A stretch of DNA of 42,801 nucleotides, taken from contig DATDXW010000039.1 in the NCBI GenBank assembly GCA_035289125.1, positions 1 through 42,801 on the forward strand, written 5' to 3'. This stretch comes from an archaeon (GTDB taxonomy: Archaea; Aenigmatarchaeota; Aenigmatarchaeia; GW2011-AR5). The notes beneath the pieces were generated by a model. That model did not search any database. It had not been told where the DNA came from and saw nothing but the letters and a program-made list of their open reading frames with translations. Positions 32,683 through 39,667 of this stretch are shown here, in pieces. Each line of letters starts with the position of its first letter. Positions within the stretch are counted from its first letter, which is position 1. The translations under genes and the position numbers were made by a program.

Positions 32683-32756
32683 TGTCCGGTTGTTTCGTGT
32701 CCAATGTCCAAGCGATTGTCCAAATCGCAGCTAATCTTCATTTTTGCGCGTTGTCC
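32683..32756 (+). promoter_or_regulatory. Five same-orientation TGTCC(A/G) repeats upstream of ftsZ
   Basis: tgtcc at 32683, 32698, 32705, 32717 and 32752, about 80-150 bp upstream of the ftsZ ATG and beyond a ctataaaag TATA-like box. Confidence 0.3.
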
Positions 32757-32873
32757 AGACGCGTAAAATACAATTCTATTAGCATATCCTGTTTTAAACC
32801 ATTTCTATTTTTGAAAATATATGTTACATTTCATGCACGCTGTGCTTTGCACAAAAACTTCGCCCAAAACACA

Positions 32874-33179
32874 TGTAAACTACCCGCCACGAGCAACTTG
32901 ACGCACGATGCTGTATGACGGCTTCGCTTTCCGATGGCGCGTCTTCGTGAGAGGCGTAGTAAGGGGCGAACGTTCTGTGCATGCGACGATGACGGAGCGG
33001 GTTACTTTTCGACTTTTATTACGGGGAATTCGGAGAATTCCTCGCATACCCAAAAGACTTTCCACGGAAAGTCTTTGTTGTGCTTGTTTACCGTTTAGTT
33101 ATGCTAACCCGCCATTATCTAACGCCTGGGACGCACCAGCAACGCCGCTTCGGTGGCTTTCGGCGCGCGGGTTGTAAAA
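32874..33179 (+). repeat. MITE-like intergenic repeat (copy 2, about 305 bp) with terminal gtaaactacccgccac ... gcgggttgtaaa, the 40-nt core module and two palindromes
   Basis: Shares a 16-nt identical 5' end and a similar 3' end with 34513-34768. Palindromes at 33022-33044 and 33051-33077. Confidence 0.85.
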
Positions 33180-33568
33180 GAATTCATTATGGAAAGGTTT
33201 CTAAATGGAAAATGGTAAGAAATGCGAAATTTTGATAAGGTGATTTTATGAAAACCGAAGCAGAAAGTGTTCAAGTATTTGAAGTGCGGATGTGGAGCAA
33301 TAAATATTATGGAAAGCGAATAACACGCAAAGACCCTGTCAACATATACAATGGGATGATGTAATGGACGGTAAAACAAAAGAAAATTTTCACTTTCATT
33401 GCCGGCAAAATTGGTGGAAATAATAGAAAAGCTGCATGTAAAAACCAAAAAAAGTAATTATGACTTTTAAACACGTTTCCGACTTATCAAACAGAGGTCC
33501 CTTATTAAACAAAGCCAGCCTGCGCCAAATCTTTTTATACTGAATTCTACATAAATAAAGAAGGTGAA

Positions 33569-33991
33569 ATGGTGGCAAAAGGTATAACCTCAGTGATTGC
33601 GGTAATACTGCTACTCCTCATAACTATAGCAGTAATCGGATTCGCTACGGGATTCTTCCAGACCATCGTCCAAACGTCCGGAACACAGGCCACGGACGCC
33701 GCACAGCAGACTGGCGACAGGTTGCAGAAAACCGTAGAGTTTGTCGCGGCATCCGCTGATACCGTGACTGTCAAGAACGCAGGAACGACTACGATGACTA
33801 CTGCAACCGATTTGACCGTGCTCATAGCTGGCGTGCCCAAAACATGCACATGGTCTGCGGCTTCTGTCGCAGCCGGTACGACGACAACCTGCACCATAAC
33901 AGCAACAGCCGGCAACGACTGCACGCCATCAGCGGCCGCGATAACCGTGGTAGCGCCCGGAAATGACGACACGTCTGGAAAATGCCCGTAA
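33569..33991 (+). CDS. Type IV pilin-like protein (candidate major pilin, class 2 N-terminus)
   Basis: MVAKG/ITSVIAVILLLLITIAVIGFATGFFQT. Thr/Ala-rich 140 aa. cataaataaa and aaggtga lie upstream. The N-terminal 45 aa are nearly identical to the giant protein at 14843. Confidence 0.85.
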   Translation: MVAKGITSVIAVILLLLITIAVIGFATGFFQTIVQTSGTQATDAAQQTGDRLQKTVEFVAASADTVTVKNAGTTTMTTATDLTVLIAGVPKTCTWSAASVAAGTTTTCTITATAGNDCTPSAAAITVVAPGNDDTSGKCP

Positions 33992-34126
33992 ATTAGCTTC
34001 TTTCTTTTTTTTTAACTATTTTGATTTAATGTGTAAAAATCCACTGCGTTCAGGCATTGGATTTGCATACCGAATTCCCCAGAATCGATATTTAAAGTTA
34101 AGACTATTAAATTATGAGGTCTATGT

Positions 34127-34516
34127 ATGGAAAAGAAACCCAGTACAATCAAAAACCAGAAGCCCGGAAGCTTCGTTCTCATTGATGATGTCCCTTACAA
34201 TGTGGAAAAGATAGAAATATCCAGACCCGGAAAGCACGGCGCATCAAAGGCAAAGCTCACGGCGTCCGGCGTCTTTGACGACCAGAAAAAAATCATCGTC
34301 CAACCGGCAGACGCGCGCATAGACGTCCCGATGATAGAGAAGAGGACGTGCCAGATACTCAGCTTTGCCGGCGACAACGCGCAGATAATGGACGTGGAAG
34401 ATTTCTCCCAGGCTGATGTCAAAGTTCCCATTGATCTCAAGGGCGCGATCAAGGAAGGCGACGAAGTGCTCGTATGGCGCTTCGGCAGTTACCTGATGAT
34501 AAAGGGCAGGAAGTAA
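34127..34516 (+). CDS. eif5a: Translation initiation factor 5A (aIF5A)
   Basis: 129 aa. The hypusine loop SRPGKHGASKAK is in the expected position. Confidence 0.95.
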   Translation: MEKKPSTIKNQKPGSFVLIDDVPYNVEKIEISRPGKHGASKAKLTASGVFDDQKKIIVQPADARIDVPMIEKRTCQILSFAGDNAQIMDVEDFSQADVKVPIDLKGAIKEGDEVLVWRFGSYLMIKGRK

Positions 34517-34768
34517 ACTACCCGCCACTAAAGCGGCGGGCGTTATGAAAAGGAGGGAAAAGGACTCCTGCGCACGGTTCGGTTTTTGGCGGAGCTTGGT
34601 TTCGGCTTTATGACGAGGAATTCGTAGAATTCCTCGTATACCCAAAGACTTTCCATGGAAAGTCTTTGTTGTACTTGTTTACCGTAGCACAGCGGGGACT
34701 GGTATATTAACCCGCCCTTGCCTCATCCACCCGCTCAAGCGGATGGCTTTCGGTGTGCGGGTTGTAAA
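34513..34768 (+). repeat. MITE-like intergenic repeat (copy 3, about 256 bp)
   Basis: Same termini as copy 2. Palindromes at 34614-34636 and 34643-34668. Its first bases include the aIF5A stop codon TAA (34514-34516). Confidence 0.85.
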
Positions 34769-34812
34769 TATCTTGTGCCAATTCAAGCAAAGCTTTCCCG
34801 AATTTCTCAAAG

Positions 34813-34893
34813 CATAATATGGCATCGCCTCGCGAAGCGAGGAATAGTCAGATATAATATGGGATACGACGCATTCGCAGAATGCGGGGTATG
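34813..34893 (+). repeat. Orphan copy of the leader-like module (ATAATATGGCATCG ... GGGGTATGG)
   Basis: Aligns with the aspS leader (reverse complement of 37167-37262), including the second box ataatatgggatacg and the downstream ATG. Here the ATG is followed by only one sense codon and then a stop. Confidence 0.7.
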
Positions 34894-35070
34894 GATACAG
34901 ATTCACGAATGAAATGAGTGAAGGGTATTGGGAATATGTAAGCAGCGCGTAATCATATAATTATAGCATCGACTTTTTGACGCAGCAAAAAGGGGATATG
35001 GAATCGCTTTATTTCCCTTGTAAAAACGTATATATATCCCACAGCTACAAATAACAGCAAAGGTTTCGAT

Positions 35071-35286
35071 ATGGCAAGAAAAAAAAGAAATGCAAGACCA
35101 TCGCGCAGAAAGAAGCAGTCATTTATGACAAGCCATGATGAAGACAAGTTATTGCTCTTCACGGGCGGGCTTCTACTGGGCGTGGGGCTGTCCGTGTCCA
35201 TATTCCTCCAGCAATGGTGGTACGGCGGTCTTGTAGCGGTGGCGCTTGGAGTTGTGCTCCTGCTCATAGAGCAGAGACATGAGTAA
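35071..35286 (+). CDS. Small membrane protein (71 aa), basic N-terminus and two hydrophobic spans
   Basis: ORF MARKKRNARPSRRKKQ... followed by LLLFTGGLLLGVGLSVSIFL and GGLVAVALGVVLLLI. Confidence 0.4.
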   Translation: MARKKRNARPSRRKKQSFMTSHDEDKLLLFTGGLLLGVGLSVSIFLQQWWYGGLVAVALGVVLLLIEQRHE

Positions 35287-35366
35287 TTTTTGATGCTTAT
35301 TATTTTAATTTTTATCTTGTAGCTCAGTCATTTACCTTTTAATTCAGAGTATGTCATAATCATGTT

Positions 35367-35852
35367 ATGGAGAGTTTTCTAACGGAATTAAACCGTTTCC
35401 TGTGTAAAGCCACACTATCCACTTACGCAGGCGGCGGCCCGGAAGCAGATTTTGTACAAGGCTTCACAGAACTGGAATACGACGAAGGAGAATGGGCGTA
35501 TAAGGACAGTTATACCGGCTTTTTCCGCTCATGGGGTAGGGAAACAATATGGCATAGGGGAAAGCCTTTCTGGACCCAGTTGTATGGAGGAGGAATGGCG
35601 GCAAAGTTCCATAGTAACAAGGAATTCGCTCTCAAAACATTTGAATTTCTTAGGAAAGCGCTGTCCTGCGGGGAAAAACGAAAAGCATTCCAGCCGCGCG
35701 GTCCGAAGAAATTTTCCAGTGGCACGTGGAAATACATCTGCAATTGGAACGGCACCATTTCAAAATTCGAAGGAAGCGAAAAAATCCTGTTCAAACGCGA
35801 TGTGGTTTTCACCCATGCTTTCTTAGGCGGCCTGATTCTGCCGGAAAAGTGA
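35367..35852 (+). CDS. Hypothetical protein (161 aa)
   Basis: ORF with good coding appearance (LSTYAGGGPEADFVQGFTELEYDEGEWAYKDSYTGFF). Family not confidently recognised. Confidence 0.5.
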   Translation: MESFLTELNRFLCKATLSTYAGGGPEADFVQGFTELEYDEGEWAYKDSYTGFFRSWGRETIWHRGKPFWTQLYGGGMAAKFHSNKEFALKTFEFLRKALSCGEKRKAFQPRGPKKFSSGTWKYICNWNGTISKFEGSEKILFKRDVVFTHAFLGGLILPEK

Positions 35853-35873
35853 ATGAACAACCTTACTCTTCAA

Positions 35874-37166
35874 TCACGGCGTGAGCCTCTTCCTGTCACG
35901 CGGGAAGAGAACGCACTCTCGCACATTCTTAGCGCCCGTCAGCACCATCGTCAACCTGTCCAGCCCTATGCTCCATCCCGCGTGCGGCGGCATCCCGTAT
36001 TTGAAGGCGCCAAGATAGAACTCAAAATTATCGGGATTCATCCCCCTGCGTTTCATTTCCTTGACCAGCTCTTCGTGTTTATGAATGCGCTGCGCACCGG
36101 AAGAAACTTCTATGCCGTCTATCAGCAAGTCATACGCCCTGCATATTTTGGGGTTGCCCGGTTCCGGCATCGAATAGAACGCCCTCAAGTCAGTCGGCCA
36201 CTTCGTCACAATAGCCGGATTGAATTTCTTGTTTATTATCCTCTGCATTTCCGGCGAAAAGTCCTGCCCCCACTCAAGTCTGGATTCTTTGTTGACTATG
36301 TTCATTGCTTCATCATACGTTATCTGTTTTATCCTGTCGGGCACGTCCGGCTTTCTTCCCAGCATCTTTAATTCTTCCTTCGCTTCTTTGTTAATCTGGG
36401 AATAGATAAACTTTACGACACCCTGCATGTAGGCAAGCGCGTCCTGCTCGTCTTCAACGAAAGCCAGCTCTATGTCCATCTGCGTTGACTCGTTCAAGTG
36501 GAACGAGGTATCGTGCTCTTCCGCGCGGAAGACGGGACACTGGATTATGACCTTGTCCAGCGACGATGCCATCAGCATCTGTTTGTAGAGCTGCGGACTT
36601 TGCACGAGGAACGCCTCCCGTTCAAAATAGGATATGGGAAAGAGATTCGTCCCGCCTTCGGTCGCCGCGGCAACTATCTCAGGCGTATTGACAAGGATGA
36701 AACCGTGCTCTTCCAGATAGCGCACGAAAGAGCGCTGTATGATATCACGTATCCTGAAAATCGCGCGCACCTGCGGCCTTCTCAAATCTATATAACGATA
36801 ATTCAACCTTGTGTCTAAAGAGGAAGTTATATTCGGGTCCGTCTCCATCGGAAGCGGCTTCTCGGCGCGGTTAATTACCGTAACGCTCGTCGGCACTATC
36901 TCCTTCCCGCCAGGCGCTTTTTCGTTTATTCTCACTTTGCCGCGAACGGCTATAACATCCTCCCTGTCCAGCGACTTTATGGTGTCCCTCACCTTCTCGT
37001 TCGTCTCGCCCGCTTTCGCGATGACCTGCGTCTCGCCCGTGCGATCGGCAACGAACAAGAATGTTATTTTCCCGCTATCGCGCACGTTACGCGCCCAGCC
37101 GGCTATCGTAACTTCCTTGCCGTCACTTTTGGCGTCTATGTCGGAAAAATAATGTGTCCTTATCAT
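35874..37166 (-). CDS. aspS: Aspartyl-tRNA synthetase, archaeal type (probably non-discriminating, given gatCAB)
   Basis: 430 aa. OB-fold N-domain (VTIAGWARNVRDSGKITFLFV). Class II motifs FRAEEHDTSFHLNE and GWSIGLDRLTMV. Confidence 0.9.
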   Translation of the reverse strand: MIRTHYFSDIDAKSDGKEVTIAGWARNVRDSGKITFLFVADRTGETQVIAKAGETNEKVRDTIKSLDREDVIAVRGKVRINEKAPGGKEIVPTSVTVINRAEKPLPMETDPNITSSLDTRLNYRYIDLRRPQVRAIFRIRDIIQRSFVRYLEEHGFILVNTPEIVAAATEGGTNLFPISYFEREAFLVQSPQLYKQMLMASSLDKVIIQCPVFRAEEHDTSFHLNESTQMDIELAFVEDEQDALAYMQGVVKFIYSQINKEAKEELKMLGRKPDVPDRIKQITYDEAMNIVNKESRLEWGQDFSPEMQRIINKKFNPAIVTKWPTDLRAFYSMPEPGNPKICRAYDLLIDGIEVSSGAQRIHKHEELVKEMKRRGMNPDNFEFYLGAFKYGMPPHAGWSIGLDRLTMVLTGAKNVRECVLFPRDRKRLTP

Positions 37167-37262
37167 ACGAATCCACCATACCCCTCGCTCACTTCGTTCG
37201 CAAGTGCGTATCCCATATTATCATTTGCTCCTTGCTCCACAAGTCGATGCCATATTATTATA
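37167..37262 (-). repeat. Leader-like repeat module forming the 5' leader of aspS
   Basis: Minus strand reads ataataatatggcatcgacttgtgg...ataatatgggatacg...gaacgaagtgagcgaggggtatggtggattcgtATG. Related copies at 6765-6845, 8185-8257, 8263-8304 and 34813-34893. Confidence 0.75.
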
Positions 37263-37287
37263 CGTGGCGTCGCCCTTATCACCGGTA

Positions 37288-37542
37288 TCATGCGACGCCA
37301 CCTATGTTGTAGAGAAGCGTAAAGAGCACGTACCATGTCATCGCATAAATGTACGCGCCGTTGTTGAGCAGCCATTTGTAGTCCTTCGGCTTCAGCCATA
37401 ATTTCAGCACGCCCGACACGACGGCAACTATCAGCAACGCTATAATCAGCCCGTTTATCGGAACGCGCGCCACGCTTGACGCAACGGCTGCGGCAACGCC
37501 GGCAACGCCATAAACAATCATAGCCTTAGTCTCGTTCTGCAT
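37288..37542 (-). CDS. Small membrane protein (84 aa)
   Basis: Three hydrophobic spans. Overlaps the rnhB stop by 17 nt on the same strand. Confidence 0.45.
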   Translation of the reverse strand: MQNETKAMIVYGVAGVAAAVASSVARVPINGLIIALLIVAVVSGVLKLWLKPKDYKWLLNNGAYIYAMTWYVLFTLLYNIGGVA

Positions 37543-38185
37543 TCAACCACTTCAGTGTTTTCTGTTCCTTTCCCGCTAAAAGAGCCTGCGAAGTTATCCA
37601 CGACTTTCTTGCGAAGTCAGGCAACCCTTTATTCCTTTCCAGCCAATCTTTTAAAAACGTTATAGTCCTCTCGTCAGACGTATAGCCGGTGCCGAAAAAG
37701 CCGTATTGCGCATGCAACGTCGCCACCTCCTTCTCGCGCTCGCTTTTGGCGAGTATTGACGCGGCGGAAACTTCAACGTGCGTAACATCCGCATAGTTCT
37801 CCGCCACTACGGGCGTTCTCGCCATAACAGAAAGCCTCTTTCCAAAACGCACCGTGTTCGTCTCGGGACAATCCACGATAGCTTTGTCCGGCCGAAGCGC
37901 ACGTATTATTTCCGCCATTTTTTCCATTTCCAGCACGTTTAAGTTTCCCAGTTCAACGGCATCGTCTATCTCATTGACGCCCACCTTCAGCACGACGTAA
38001 TCGTCCGCAATATCGCGCAACTTCGCCGCAATCTCTTCGCGCTTCGCCGCCACGAGCAGTTTCGAGTCCTTCGCGCCCAATGCTTTCAGTGTTGCGCGTT
38101 TACTTTGGTCTATAAGGTAGCCGCATATCATCATGCTGCCAAGAACCGGTCCCCGTCCTGCCTCGTCAATGCCAAGAATTTTCAC
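37526..38185 (-). CDS. rnhB: Ribonuclease HII
   Basis: 219 aa. N-terminal ILGIDEAGRGPVLGSM active-site motif. Confidence 0.95.
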   Translation of the reverse strand: MKILGIDEAGRGPVLGSMMICGYLIDQSKRATLKALGAKDSKLLVAAKREEIAAKLRDIADDYVVLKVGVNEIDDAVELGNLNVLEMEKMAEIIRALRPDKAIVDCPETNTVRFGKRLSVMARTPVVAENYADVTHVEVSAASILAKSEREKEVATLHAQYGFFGTGYTSDERTITFLKDWLERNKGLPDFARKSWITSQALLAGKEQKTLKWLNAERD

Positions 38186-38360
38186 ATGGTTATTAGTGCT
38201 GCTGAAAATAAAAAGCGTTCAACGAATGGTGAAAGTAGCAAAGCCCTACCGATGTTACCGTAGGATGCTTGCCGTTCAACGATGCTTGACATTTTTCACA
38301 ACCAGTTTTCCAATCCGTTCTCTCACACCTATTTAAGAATATCCCCGAAAGAAGAGTCTT

Positions 38361-38435
38361 AGCAGGGTAGAGCAGCCTGGAGTGCTCATTGGGCCCATAA
38401 CCCAAAGGTCGTAGGTTCAAATCCTACCCCTGCTA
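38361..38435 (+). tRNA. Initiator tRNA-Met (CAT), intron-less
   Basis: 75-nt cloverleaf. A1:T72. D arm GAGC/GCTC. Anticodon stem TTGGG/CCCAA with three G:C pairs next to the loop CCCATAA. T arm GTAGG-TTCAAAT-CCTAC. Discriminator A. Confidence 0.9.
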
Positions 38436-38488
38436 TATTTTTCATACGTTCGTTGCATGAACGGCAGAAATCCAAGTCCTGCTTATCC

Positions 38489-39224
38489 ATGAACTCCGTT
38501 GTTACCCCGTTTCCCGGCACTCCAAGATAGACCATAGGCTATCCAGATAATTGCCAAGGAATGGAAAACTGCACGCCGTACACGGACTTTCTCCAGAGAA
38601 TGGTGGACATACACGTCAAACGCAACCCGAATCCCGTACGCATCTCCGTAGAGAATAAGGGCGAGTACGGCGGGCAACTGTCGCCAAGGGGCTTGCACAA
38701 TAACGATATAGCCAACGTTCTGAAACGGGCACCGGATATGTGCGTAGTCCTTGCGGGAACCAACAACCTTGGCATGCTGTACATGTATACAGGCGACGAA
38801 AGAGCTCAGAGACTTGGCGTCGCAATAGGCTATTTGACGTCAATATACAAAACGCTTCGCAACGCGCATATCGCGCCCGTGGCAGTGACCGTTCCTCCTC
38901 TTCGCATACCGGCGAGCGTAGTTCCGCACGAAGAACGCCAGAGCGTTTCACGCAGGAATCAGGCAAGAATTCAACAAACGAATCACTGCGTACACGACTG
39001 AAAACAAGATACCTTTGGCGAATCTCTATGAGGTCATGGCGAACGAAGAAGGCATGACGCGAAAGGAATATGGCACTCCCCCTGATTCTATGGGGCAGCA
39101 ACACGATTGGGTTCACTTCAACCACGCAGGATACGAAAAGATGGCCGAAGTCGTCTTCCAGACGCTGTTGCCTTTCATAGACCACTGGACGGGGCGCGAG
39201 TATCAGTCAACTATGTCTATCTGA
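38489..39224 (+). pseudogene. SGNH/GDSL-family hydrolase, disrupted (frameshift near 38920; in-frame TAG at 38528)
   Basis: Block III VVLAGTNNL is in the frame of ORF 38561-39001. Block V DWVHFNHAGYEKMA is in the frame of 39015-39224, which stays open back to 38922 (FRTKNARAFHAGIRQEFNKRITAYTTENKIPLANLYEV). No intact GDS block was found. Confidence 0.55.
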
Positions 39225-39240
39225 CGCTTCCAACCAGAAA

Positions 39241-39376
39241 TGGGTCCGGGGAGATTTGAACTCCCGTCTGAGCCTCGTTCGCAGCCGGGTTTTCTTTTGA
39301 ACCCAAGGGCCTTTTCTTTTGAAAAAGAAAAGGGGCTTCCCGAAGGCCCGATCCTACCAAGCTAGACTACAGACCC
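39241..39376 (-). tRNA. tRNA with about 60 nt of extra sequence; probable tRNA-Pro (CGG)
   Basis: Minus strand: GGGTCTG-TA-GTCT-AGCTTGGTA-GGAT-C-GGGCC-TTCGGGA-..., T arm GGGAG-TTCAAAT-CTCCC, acceptor CGGACCC, discriminator A. The insert has two TTCAAAAGAAAA repeats and the hairpin CCTTTTCTTTT-TC-AAAAGAAAAGG. Confidence 0.65.
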
Positions 39377-39448
39377 TTGCGTAATACATGGGCATTACGG
39401 ATTAAAATATTGCAAATGCTTAAATACTATAGCGTTTTATAATACACT

Positions 39449-39667
39449 ATGGCAACGACAATTCAGATAAGCAATAAACTTATGGAAGAACTCAAGGAGA
39501 AGAAAATGTCCGAGAAAGAAAGTTACGAGGACGTGATATGGAATCTTCTGGAAGATAGTATGGAACTTTCCGCGGAAACCAAAAAGGAAATAGAGCAGGC
39601 AAGGAAAGAAATAGCGCAAGGCAAATTCCACACGCACGAGGAAGTAAAACGGAAGCTGGGTCTCTGA
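39449..39667 (+). CDS. Putative antitoxin of the RelE/ParE module
   Basis: 72 aa and acidic. Stop abuts the toxin ATG (TGAATG). The C-terminal KKEIEQARKEIAQGKFHTHEEVKRKLGL is typical of small archaeal antitoxins. Confidence 0.7.
   Translation: MATTIQISNKLMEELKEKKMSEKESYEDVIWNLLEDSMELSAETKKEIEQARKEIAQGKFHTHEEVKRKLGL

Noticed and set aside
33119-33448. 109-aa ORF (minus strand) in that intergenic region, and the 38-aa ORF at 33248
   Set aside because: AT-rich, Phe/Ile/Asn-rich translation with no start context. It overlaps the repeat-element end.
32640-33560. The 960-bp gene-free, partly AT-rich region between ftsZ and the pilin gene as a replication origin
   Set aside because: I saw no ORB or mini-ORB-like elements (TTCCA..GGAAA type) and no orc1/cdc6 gene nearby. 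The region is largely explained by a MITE-like repeat and promoter sequence.
33547-33972. 141-aa ORF antisense to the 33569 pilin gene
   Set aside because: This is a mirror ORF of an Ala/Thr/Val-rich gene. The plus-strand ORF has a class III signal peptide, an SD and a TATA box.
35853-36371. 172-aa ORF antisense to aspS, and 30106-30567 antisense across the PadR/ino1 region
   Set aside because: Arg/His/Pro-rich translations opposite strongly supported genes, with no independent start signals.
38528-38530. In-frame TAG in the SGNH hydrolase region as a pyrrolysine or readthrough codon
   Set aside because: There are no pyl genes or PYLIS-like context in the window. The surrounding peptide lacks the expected GDS block and the gene also has a frameshift, so decay is the simpler explanation.
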